A DNA stretch of 60,655 nucleotides from Nocardioides sp. (GTDB taxonomy: Bacteria > Actinomycetota > Actinomycetes > Propionibacteriales > Nocardioidaceae), in NCBI RefSeq assembly GCF_035429765.1, contig NZ_DAOMFK010000001.1, positions 1 to 60,655 of the forward strand. The letters are read 5' to 3'. The notes under the pieces are model-generated. The model was not told where the DNA came from, searched no databases, and saw only the letters and a program-made list of their open reading frames with translations. Position numbers and translations under genes: made by a program. Shown in pieces: positions 29,404 to 37,482 of the stretch; the stretch's first letter is position 1, and the number at the start of each line of letters is the position of its first letter.

Positions 29404-32265
29404 ATGACCGCCGAGGTGCCCCTCCCCGGAGCGCGTCGCCACGAGCGGCTGCGCAACTTCCCGCCGCCGTCGGAGTGGGACCACCACGTGGAGTACGACG
29501 CCAAGGCGCACCCCCGCAAGGTCCCGCACACCTACTCGCTGATCCCCACGATCTGCTTCAACTGCGAGTCCTCCTGCGGGCTGCTGGCCTACGTGGACCA
29601 CGAGGACCTCTCGATCAAGAAGTTCGAGGGCAACCCCGCCCACCCCGGCTCCCGGGGCCGCAACTGCGCCAAGGGGCCGGCCACCATCAACCAGGTCCAC
29701 GACCCGGAGCGGATCCTCCACCCGCTCCGGCGGGTGGGGGAGCGCGGCTCGGGACGGTTCGAGCGGGTCTCGTGGGAGGAGGCGCTCAGCGACATCGCCG
29801 CGCGGGTCCGCGCTGCGATCGTCGAGGACCGGCGCGACGAGGTGATGTACCACGTCGGACGCCCAGGCGAGGACGGCTTCGCCGAGCGGGTGCTGCAGGC
29901 CTGGGGGGTGGACGGGCACAACAGCCACACGAACGTCTGCTCGTCCGGCGGCCGGTCCGGGTACACCCACTGGATGGGCTACGACCGGCCCTCGCCCGAC
30001 TACGCCCACGCGCGGGTGATCGTGCTGCAGTCCAGCCACCTCGAGACCGGCCACTACTTCAACCCGCACGCACAGCGGATCATGGAGGCCAAGCAGAACG
30101 GCGCCAAGGTGGTGGTCCTGGACCTGCGGCTGTCGAACACCGCCTCGCACGCCGACCTCTGGATCTCCCCCTGGCCCGGCAGCGAGTCGGCCATCTTCCT
30201 CGCGGTCGCGTCGTACCTCCTGCGCACCGGCCGGGTGGACCGCGACTTCCTGCGCCGCTGGGTGAACTGGGACGTCTACCTCGAGCGGCTGCACCCGGAC
30301 GCGCCACGGGACTTCGAGGTGTTCCTCGAGCTGCTCACGCACGACTACGCGGAGTGGACCTTCGAGCGCGCTGCGCAGCTCGCGCACGTGCCGGTCGAGC
30401 AGATCGAGGAGTTCGCCACCTACGTCGGGCAGGCCGGCTCGCGGCTGGCCACGCACACCTGGCGGTCGGCGGCGGCCGGGAACCTCGGCGGCTGGCAGAT
30501 CACCCGCAGCCTGTTCTTCCTCAACGTGCTGACCGGCAGCATCGGCACCGAGGGCGGGACCCACCCCAACGGGTGGGACAAGTTCATCGCCCACTTCCCC
30601 GACATGCCGCCACCGCACGACGTCTGGAGCGAGATGCTCTGGCCCGCGGAGTACCCGCTGACCACCAACGAGATGTCGATCCTGCTGCCGCACCTGCTCA
30701 AGGACGGCCGCGGCCGGCTCGAGGTCTACTTCAGCCGGGTCTACAACCCGCTGTGGGTGAACCCCGACGGGTTCACCTGGATCGACGTGCTCAAGGACGA
30801 GACCAAGATCGGCCTGCACGTCGCCCTGACGCCCACCTGGAGCGAGTCGGCCACGTTCGCCGACTACGTGCTGCCGATGGGTCACGCCTCCGAACGGCAC
30901 GACACGATGTCGTTCGAGACCCACGCGGCCAAGTGGATCGCCTTCCGGCAGCCGGTGACCCGCGTCGCGATGGAGCAGCAGGGGATCCCCTACCGCGACA
31001 GCCGGGACGCCAACCCCGGCGAGGTCTGGGAGGAGAACGAGTTCTGGTTCGAGCTGTCCTGGCAGATCGACCCGGACGGGTCGCTCGGCATCCGCCGCTG
31101 GTTCGAGTCCCCGGACCGGCCCGGCGAGCGGATCACCACCGACGAGTACTACGACGTCCTCTTCCGCCGGAGCGTGCCCGGTCTGCCCGAGGCCGCCGCC
31201 GCCCAGGGCCTGAGCCCGCTGCAGTACATGCGCAAGTACGGCGTCTTCGAAGTCGCCAAGGACCTCTACCGGCTCGACGAGCGCCCGCTCACCGAGGCCG
31301 AGCTGGAGGGCGCGGCCCCCGACGACCACGGTGTGCTGCGCAAGCCGGTGACGCTGGACACCGCCCCGCCGCTGGTCGGCGAGGCCGGCGCCGTCGGGCT
31401 GCAGCACCCGGACGGCTCGCGGACCGCCGGCTGGCTCTCGCCCTCGCGCAAGCTCGAGCTCTACTCGACCACGCTGGCCGACTGGGGCTGGCCCGAGCAC
31501 GCCACCCCCGGGTACATCGAGTCCCACGTGGCCGCGGCGCGCATCAACCGCAGCGACGACGAGTTCGTGCTCATGCCGAACTTCCGGCTCCCCACGCTGA
31601 TCCACACCCGCTCGGGCAACGCCAAGTACCTCAACGAGATCTCCAACACCCACCCGCTGTGGTTCAACGCCGGTGACGCCCGGCAGATGGGGGTGCGGAC
31701 CGGTGACCTGGTGCGGGTCACCACCGAGATCGGCCACTTCGTGGTCCGGGTCTGGGCGACCGAGGCGATCCGCCCCGGGGTGGTGGGCCTCTCCCACCAC
31801 ATGGGCCGCTGGACCCAGGACGGGCACCCCGGCAGCCGATGGGTCATGGGCACGGTGAACCTCCGCCGCACCGACGAGGGCGTCTGGAGCCTGCGCTACA
31901 CCGACGGCGTCGGACCGTTCACCAGCGAGGACCCCGACTCCGAGCGCATCTACTGGGACGACCCCGGCGTGCACCAGAACCTCACCTTCCCGGTCCAGCC
32001 CGACCCGGTCTCCGGCATGCACTGCTGGCACCAGAAGGTGCGGATCGAGAAGGCCCGACCCGAGGACCGGTACGGCGACGTGCAGGTCGACGTCACCAAG
32101 TCGCGAGAGGTCTACCGCCGCTGGCTGTCGATGACCCGCCCGGGACCCGGCCCTGACGGGCAGCGACGCCCCGAGTTCCTGATGCGGCACGTGGCGCCGA
32201 AGCGGGCGGCGTACCGCGTGGCGGAGAGCCCCGGCTCCGGTCGGCCGTCCCCGGAGACCGTCTGA
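29404..32265 (+). CDS. Mo/W-bis-PGD (DMSO reductase family) catalytic subunit, no Tat signal
   Basis: CFNCESSCG...NCAKG Fe-S motif, R..HPLRR, SWEEAL, HNSHTNVCSS, SESATFADYVLP, C-terminal molydop-binding domain. Confidence 0.92.
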   Translation: MTAEVPLPGARRHERLRNFPPPSEWDHHVEYDAKAHPRKVPHTYSLIPTICFNCESSCGLLAYVDHEDLSIKKFEGNPAHPGSRGRNCAKGPATINQVHDPERILHPLRRVGERGSGRFERVSWEEALSDIAARVRAAIVEDRRDEVMYHVGRPGEDGFAERVLQAWGVDGHNSHTNVCSSGGRSGYTHWMGYDRPSPDYAHARVIVLQSSHLETGHYFNPHAQRIMEAKQNGAKVVVLDLRLSNTASHADLWISPWPGSESAIFLAVASYLLRTGRVDRDFLRRWVNWDVYLERLHPDAPRDFEVFLELLTHDYAEWTFERAAQLAHVPVEQIEEFATYVGQAGSRLATHTWRSAAAGNLGGWQITRSLFFLNVLTGSIGTEGGTHPNGWDKFIAHFPDMPPPHDVWSEMLWPAEYPLTTNEMSILLPHLLKDGRGRLEVYFSRVYNPLWVNPDGFTWIDVLKDETKIGLHVALTPTWSESATFADYVLPMGHASERHDTMSFETHAAKWIAFRQPVTRVAMEQQGIPYRDSRDANPGEVWEENEFWFELSWQIDPDGSLGIRRWFESPDRPGERITTDEYYDVLFRRSVPGLPEAAAAQGLSPLQYMRKYGVFEVAKDLYRLDERPLTEAELEGAAPDDHGVLRKPVTLDTAPPLVGEAGAVGLQHPDGSRTAGWLSPSRKLELYSTTLADWGWPEHATPGYIESHVAAARINRSDDEFVLMPNFRLPTLIHTRSGNAKYLNEISNTHPLWFNAGDARQMGVRTGDLVRVTTEIGHFVVRVWATEAIRPGVVGLSHHMGRWTQDGHPGSRWVMGTVNLRRTDEGVWSLRYTDGVGPFTSEDPDSERIYWDDPGVHQNLTFPVQPDPVSGMHCWHQKVRIEKARPEDRYGDVQVDVTKSREVYRRWLSMTRPGPGPDGQRRPEFLMRHVAPKRAAYRVAESPGSGRPSPETV

Positions 32266-32358
32266 CGCGGGTGCCGCTCGACCTGGGGCTGCGGGAGGCC
32301 GGCGGCCTCGGCGGACCCGTCCCTTGGCAGACCTCGGGGCAGGCGGGAGCATGGACCC

Positions 32359-32829
32359 ATGGCCCGCACGATCGCCTCCAACACCCAGGTCAGCCTCGAC
32401 GGCCTGCTCGACTTCGTCCGACCGCGGCACATGATGGTCCTGATCACCGAGCGGGCCGACGGCTCCCCGCAGGCATCCCCGGTCACCGGCGGTGTCGACG
32501 ACTCGGGCCGGATCGTCATCTCCAGCTATCCCGAACGGGCCAAGACCCGCAACGCCCGGTCCCGCCCGAGCGTCAGTGTCCTGGTGCTCTCCGACGAGTT
32601 CGACGGCGCCTGGGTGCAGGTCGACGGCACCTGCGAGGTCCTTGACGCCGCCGACGGGCCGGTCGCGCTCGACGCGTTCGTCGAGTACTTCCGCAACATC
32701 GCCGGGGAGCACTCCGACTGGGACGAGTACCGGCAGGCCATGGTGGACCAGGGCAAGTCGCTCCTGCGCATCACCCCCAGCCGCTGGGGTCCGGTCGCCA
32801 CCGGGGGATTCCCCGCGCGGCTGGCGTGA
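32359..32829 (+). CDS. PPOX-class probable F420-dependent oxidoreductase
   Basis: RADGSPQASPV, RAKTRNARSRPSVSV, WDEYRQAM. Confidence 0.88.
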   Translation: MARTIASNTQVSLDGLLDFVRPRHMMVLITERADGSPQASPVTGGVDDSGRIVISSYPERAKTRNARSRPSVSVLVLSDEFDGAWVQVDGTCEVLDAADGPVALDAFVEYFRNIAGEHSDWDEYRQAMVDQGKSLLRITPSRWGPVATGGFPARLA

Positions 32830-32835
32830 CGCACC

Positions 32836-33609
32836 TCAGCCGGCGAGGGTGCCCGCGAAGACCTGCCAGGCCAGGGCCGACTTCGCCGTGAGGCTGAGCA
32901 GGATGTAGATCCGCTCGCCGAAGAGGTAGTCGGCCCAGCGGCCCCGGCCGCGGTACTGCAGCCACTGGTTGAGCGCGAAGACGTTGAAGAACACGAAGAG
33001 CGACACGAAGATCCCGTAGACGAACCCGGGGGGAGCCACCGACGAGGCCGAGCCGAGGGACAGCAGGTACACCGTGATCGCCAGCCAGGGGACGATGCCC
33101 GCCACGCACCCGAAGACGAACGGCAGCCAGCCGCCGCTGCGCGGCTCCTCGTAGCGCTCCTGGAGCCAGCCGAAGAGGATCATCGAGGCGTTGACGCCGA
33201 ACAGGCAGATGAGGGCCGCGACGTCGAAGATCCCGACGAGCTGCGCGATCAGCACGATCATCAGCGAGGAGGACAGCGAGTACTCCACCCACCGGGCCGG
33301 GTTGATGCCGCGGGCGAGGTGGGCCAGGTACCGACGCCACCACACGGTGGTGACCAGGAAGTGCGCCAGCGCCGAGAGCGCCAGGAAGGCCGCCACCGCG
33401 GCGCCGGTCGAGATCTCGAACAGCGTCTCGGGGTCCGCGGGAGGCGTGCCGGGCGGCCCCGCGAGGTAGGAGGAGGTCACCGGCAGCGCGAAGCTCGTCG
33501 CCAGTGCCAGCACGGCGACCGCCTGGGCGAGGTGGAACACGCCGGCAAGTGCGTTGTCCCGCCTCAGGGTCGCGGCAGCCGAGGCGGTGGGGGCTGGTGC
33601 GGACGTCAT
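32836..33609 (-). CDS. heR: Heliorhodopsin
   Basis: LRRDNALAGVFHLAQ, NPARWVEYSLSSSLM (counterion Glu), YILLSLTAKSALAWQVF (Schiff-base Lys); 7 TM. Confidence 0.93.
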   Translation of the reverse strand: MTSAPAPTASAAATLRRDNALAGVFHLAQAVAVLALATSFALPVTSSYLAGPPGTPPADPETLFEISTGAAVAAFLALSALAHFLVTTVWWRRYLAHLARGINPARWVEYSLSSSLMIVLIAQLVGIFDVAALICLFGVNASMILFGWLQERYEEPRSGGWLPFVFGCVAGIVPWLAITVYLLSLGSASSVAPPGFVYGIFVSLFVFFNVFALNQWLQYRGRGRWADYLFGERIYILLSLTAKSALAWQVFAGTLAG

Positions 33610-33627
33610 CGGGCTCGCTCCGTTTCC

Positions 33628-33657
33628 TTGACAGACGAAGAACTATTCGTGAATACT
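33628..33657 (+). promoter_or_regulatory. Putative sigma-A promoter for the riboswitch-terC transcript, overlapping a near-palindrome
   Basis: Perfect TTGACA (33628), 18-nt spacer, AATACT; TATTCGTGAATA at 33644-33655. Confidence 0.5.
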
Positions 33658-33661
33658 GTAG

Positions 33662-33770
33662 CGCACGAGGGGAGTACCCCACCTCGACGCTACCGTCACT
33701 CCGTCCGGCCGGTCCGGACCGGTACGTCGGCCGTCGCCGCACCGGCGACGGCGGGGGAGACCTCCAACGA
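33662..33770 (+). ncRNA. yybP-ykoY (Mn2+) riboswitch
   Basis: GAGGGGAGTA at the 5' end, CCGTCACT, GC-rich hairpins, GGGAGACCTC at the 3' end; 5' leader of a TerC/Alx gene, a classic context for this riboswitch. Confidence 0.75.
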
Positions 33771-33800
33771 CCCGCTCGACGGAACCGCTGGAGGTCACCG

Positions 33801-34781
33801 ATGGATGTCCCCTTCTGGGCGTGGGCTGCTGTCCTCGCCGTCATTCTCGCGATGCTGGCAGTGGACCTGCTCGCGCACCGCACCGCCCACGTCGTCTCGG
33901 TCAAGGAGGCGGCGACCTGGTCGGCGGTCTGGGTCACGCTGGGACTCGCCTTCGGCGGGGTTGTCTGGTGGGCGTACGGCGCCCGGGCCGGGGGTGAGTA
34001 CTTCGCCGGCTACCTGATCGAGAAGTCGCTCGCGATCGACAACGTGTTCGTCTTCGCGCTGATCTTCACCTACTTCGCCGTGCCCCGGGAGTACCAGCAC
34101 CGCGTGCTGTTCTACGGGGTGCTCGGCGCTCTCGTCTTCCGGGCCGTCTTCATCGCCGGCGGCACGGTGCTGATCGAGAACTTCGCCTGGATCCTCTACC
34201 TGTTCGGCGCCTTCCTGGTCTTCACGGGCTGGAAGATGTTCCGCCACCGTCACGACGAGATGGACCCCTCGCGCAACCCCGTGCTCAGACTCGTCCGCAG
34301 GCGGGTCCCGAGCACCGACGAGTACCACGGCCAGAAGTTCTGGGTGAAGAAGGGCGGCAGGTGGCTCGCCACCCCGCTCTTCACGGTCCTGGTCCTCGTG
34401 GAGACCACGGACATCATCTTCGCGGTCGACTCGATCCCCGCCATCTTCGCCGTGACCCAGGAACCCTTCCTGGTGTTCACCAGCAACGCGTTCGCGATCC
34501 TCGGGCTGCGGGCGATGTACTTCCTGCTCGCGGACCTGATCCACCGCTTCGTGTACCTCAAGACCGGCCTCGCCGCGATCCTGGTCTTCGTGGGCGTGAA
34601 GATGCTGCTCCTGGACGTCTACAAGGTGCCGATCTGGCTGTCCGTGACGGTCATCGCGACCAGCATCACCCTCGCCGTCGTGGCCAGCCTGCGGGCGACC
34701 CGTGGCCAGCAGGGCTCCGCCCCGGGGTCAGTCAGCGAGCCGGCCTCGTCCGCTCCCGCCCCGGCCGGCCCGCGGCACTGA
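33801..34781 (+). CDS. TerC/Alx family membrane protein (putative Mn2+ homeostasis)
   Basis: GYLIEKSLAIDNVFVF, QHRVLFYGV, ETTDIIFAVDSIPAIF, NAFAILGLRAMYF. Confidence 0.93.
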   Translation: MDVPFWAWAAVLAVILAMLAVDLLAHRTAHVVSVKEAATWSAVWVTLGLAFGGVVWWAYGARAGGEYFAGYLIEKSLAIDNVFVFALIFTYFAVPREYQHRVLFYGVLGALVFRAVFIAGGTVLIENFAWILYLFGAFLVFTGWKMFRHRHDEMDPSRNPVLRLVRRRVPSTDEYHGQKFWVKKGGRWLATPLFTVLVLVETTDIIFAVDSIPAIFAVTQEPFLVFTSNAFAILGLRAMYFLLADLIHRFVYLKTGLAAILVFVGVKMLLLDVYKVPIWLSVTVIATSITLAVVASLRATRGQQGSAPGSVSEPASSAPAPAGPRH

Positions 34782-35069
34782 CTCGTGCGTCAGGGGCACC
34801 ACCATGTCCAGGAACTCACCGAGGGTGACCCGGGACTCCAGCTCGTGGCGGAAGTGGGCGCCCCTGACCACGTCGTACCGGTTGCGGCGCCCGACCTTCG
34901 TCCGGTGCAGGTAGCCCTGGTCCACCAGGTGGCGGACGATCTCCTGCACCGCCCGCTCGGTGATCCCCACCGACATGGCCACGTCGCGCATCCGCGCGTC
35001 CGGGTCCCGGGCGAGCACGACCAGCACGTGGCCGTGGTTGGACAGGAACGTCCACTGTCCCAGACTCAT
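34728..35069 (-). CDS. Small winged-helix transcriptional regulator (ArsR/MarR-like)
   Basis: WTFLSNHGHVL...RMRDVA..VGITERAVQ...GRRNRY; overlaps the terC 3' end by 54 bp. Confidence 0.82.
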   Translation of the reverse strand: MSLGQWTFLSNHGHVLVVLARDPDARMRDVAMSVGITERAVQEIVRHLVDQGYLHRTKVGRRNRYDVVRGAHFRHELESRVTLGEFLDMVVPLTHESVPRAGRGGSGRGRLAD

Positions 35070-35139
35070 GGGAAGCATGCTACGTGAGTTCAGGTTCGGA
35101 TGTTGTAGACCTGCTCGGGAGACGGCGACGCCTCGTCGC

Positions 35140-35784
35140 TCACGGCTCGACCAGTCCGGCGCGGATGGCGTACCGGGTGAGCTCGGTGCGGTCGCGCATG
35201 CCGAGGCGGGCGAGGATGCTGGCACGGTGCTTCTCGACCGTCTTGGTGCTGATGGAGAGGATGCGCGCGATCTCCTTGGTGGAGCGGCCCTCGGCGATCA
35301 GCTTGAGCACCTCGTCCTCACGCGGGGTGAGCACGGTCTGCCTGACCCGCTCGCCGCGCGCGACGCGGTCGAGGTAGTCGCGCACCAGCGCACCCATCGC
35401 GCCCGGGTAGACGAACGCCTCGTCGCGCATCGCGGCTCGGCAGGCCTCCACCAGGTCCTCGTCGACCACCGACTTCAGCACGTACCCGCTGGCGCCGAGC
35501 CGCAACGACTCGAAGAAGTACTGCTCGTTGTCGTGCATCGAGAGCATCAGGATGCGTGGCGGGTTGCGGTACCGCCTGATCTCCCGCGCCGCCTGCAGGC
35601 CGGTCATCGTGGGCATCGCGATATCCAGCACCACGAGGTCGACCTCAGTACCGCGCAGGACGTCGAGCGCCTCGCGGCCGTCCGCGGCCTCGGCCACCAC
35701 CTCCAGGTCTGGCTGCTGCTCGAGGATGAGCCGGACCCCGCGGCGGACCAGGGCGTGGTCGTCGGCCAGCAGGATCCGGATCAC
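35140..35784 (-). CDS. NarL/LuxR-family response regulator
   Basis: IRILLADDHALVR, LDIAMP, LTPREDEVLKLIAEG, TVEKHR; GTG 35784. Confidence 0.92.
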   Translation of the reverse strand: MIRILLADDHALVRRGVRLILEQQPDLEVVAEAADGREALDVLRGTEVDLVVLDIAMPTMTGLQAAREIRRYRNPPRILMLSMHDNEQYFFESLRLGASGYVLKSVVDEDLVEACRAAMRDEAFVYPGAMGALVRDYLDRVARGERVRQTVLTPREDEVLKLIAEGRSTKEIARILSISTKTVEKHRASILARLGMRDRTELTRYAIRAGLVEP

Positions 35785-36779
35785 CGGACGTCCCCGACTC
35801 GCAGGGGCACCGACAGACGGACGGTCGTCCCGCGGCCCGGTGTCGAGACGACCGTCACGGACCCGCCGACCAGCGAAGCGCGGTCGGTCATCCCGGCCAG
35901 GCCGGTGCCGGCGTGCTCCTCGACGGGGCCGGGGAAGCCGCCACCGTCGTCGGTCACCTCGAGCTCCAAGTGGTCGCCGACCCGGAGCAGCGAGAGCTCG
36001 ATCCGCGCGGCCCCGGCGTGCCGCACGGCATTCGTCAGCGCCTCCTGGGCGACCCGGTAGACCACCAGCTCCGTCTCCGGCCCGAGGTCCGGGAGGCCGG
36101 CGCCGAACCTCCGGCGCACCACGGGCCCACCGTGGGCCGAGACGTCGGTCGCGAGCGCGGACAGTGCGGCCAGCAGGCCGAGGTCGTCCAGTACGCCGGG
36201 GCGCAGCTCCCGAGCGACCCGGCGTACGTCGTCCAGCGCCGAGCGGGTGCTCTCCCGGACCACGACCAGCTCCTCCTGCAGCTCGACCGGTGCCCGGTCC
36301 TGGATGCCCTTGAGCCCGAGCAGCACCACGGTCAGGCTCTGGCCCACCTGGTCGTGCAGCTCCTGGGCGATCCGCCGGCGCTCCGCCTCCTGGGCGGCGA
36401 GGGCCATGGCGCTGCTCGCAGCGCGCTCCGCCTCCAGCCGGTCCAGCATCGCGTGGTAGCTGCGCACCAGGCGGCCACCCGGACCACTGCTCGGCTCCTC
36501 GAGGCGGCTGGCGGCCCCGCCGAGCTGCACGGTCCGCATGGCACGGATGACGCGGTCCACCGGCGTCAGCACCGACCTCAGCAGCAGACCGTTGGCCACC
36601 AGCATCAGGGTCAGGCCGACGGCCAGCACGACCAGCTCCGACACCACCGCTCGACGAGAGATGCTGGCGGGGGACAGCACCAGCGCCAGGGTCCCGACGC
36701 ACAGCACTGCGCCGTTGATCAGGCACACCTTCCAGTAGATCGAGGAGCTCGTCAGCCGCACCCCGCCACTCTCCCGCAT
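35781..36779 (-). CDS. HAMP + HisKA_3 sensor histidine kinase
   Basis: 2 TM, QEAERRRIAQELHD, QEALTNAVRH, DDGGGF, GLAGM; start approximate. Confidence 0.9.
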   Translation of the reverse strand: MRESGGVRLTSSSIYWKVCLINGAVLCVGTLALVLSPASISRRAVVSELVVLAVGLTLMLVANGLLLRSVLTPVDRVIRAMRTVQLGGAASRLEEPSSGPGGRLVRSYHAMLDRLEAERAASSAMALAAQEAERRRIAQELHDQVGQSLTVVLLGLKGIQDRAPVELQEELVVVRESTRSALDDVRRVARELRPGVLDDLGLLAALSALATDVSAHGGPVVRRRFGAGLPDLGPETELVVYRVAQEALTNAVRHAGAARIELSLLRVGDHLELEVTDDGGGFPGPVEEHAGTGLAGMTDRASLVGGSVTVVSTPGRGTTVRLSVPLRVGDVR

Positions 36780-36912
36780 GGCTGGTCGCGGGCACAGCCC
36801 GATCGCACGGGTGCCGTTCGAAATGGGTGGAGGACCCCATACTCCGCGGCCCTGCGGCCTGGTTGCCTGGAGGTGACGAGGGAGCACGGCCAGTCAGGAG
36901 AAACAGGAGAAG

Positions 36913-37482
36913 GTGGTGGACGACCGCGTGGCGCCGATCGTGATGATCGTCCTCGCCGGAGGTGCCGGGCTGGTCGTGCTCCTCGTCGCCAGCCTCCGAT
37001 GGGTCGCCCCCGGCCAGCTGCTGGTCGTCACCCGCCGCGGTCGGGTGGCTCGGGTGCGAGGCGACGGGCTCACCGTTCGGGTGCCTGTCCTCGAGCAGGT
37101 GCTGTACGTCGACGTCGAGCCGCACCCCGAGCTGGTGACCGTCCGCGCGCGTACCGCCGACGGCGCGGAGCTGCGGCTGCTGCTGGTCGCACACGTGGCC
37201 CGGGCGGCGCCGCGCCGCGGGTCCGAGTACGCCGAGCCGGGACCGGCCGTGGCCCACCTCATCGGCGAGCGACTCGAGCCGCTGGTGGTGCAGTACCCGC
37301 TGTCAGAGCTGCCCGCCGTCCTGCCGGCACTACTCCGTGGCTGCGTGGAGGCGGCCGACGTGGTGCTCAGAGAGCACCGCGTCCGGCTGCTGAGACTGGA
37401 GGTGGACGCGGTGGAGCACCTGCTGGTCTCGCCGACCGTCCCGTCCACCGGAAGGACCGGCGTATGGACCTCGGTGGGCTGA
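36913..37482 (+). CDS. Membrane-anchored SPFH/band-7-like protein (divergent)
   Basis: N-terminal TM then VVTRRGR...GL...VPVLEQ, RTADG; strong AGGAGAAG RBS; overlaps the antiporter start. Confidence 0.55.
   Translation: MVDDRVAPIVMIVLAGGAGLVVLLVASLRWVAPGQLLVVTRRGRVARVRGDGLTVRVPVLEQVLYVDVEPHPELVTVRARTADGAELRLLLVAHVARAAPRRGSEYAEPGPAVAHLIGERLEPLVVQYPLSELPAVLPALLRGCVEAADVVLREHRVRLLRLEVDAVEHLLVSPTVPSTGRTGVWTSVG

Noticed and set aside
29404-29460. ARRHE as a twin-arginine signal on the molybdoenzyme
   Set aside because: No RRxFLK-like consensus and no hydrophobic h-region follows
29404-32265. Calling the molybdoenzyme formate dehydrogenase or nitrate reductase
   Set aside because: The ligand loop HTNVCSS lacks the FDH (C/U)H motif and Nap/Nar signatures; the substrate cannot be read from sequence
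35913-37463. Apparent ~517-aa N-terminal extension of the K+/H+ antiporter, and similar extensions on ORFs 718, 3274, 7223-10621 and 35140-37257
   Set aside because: Longest-ORF artefacts overlapping other genes; internal starts with RBS or stop-start coupling fit better
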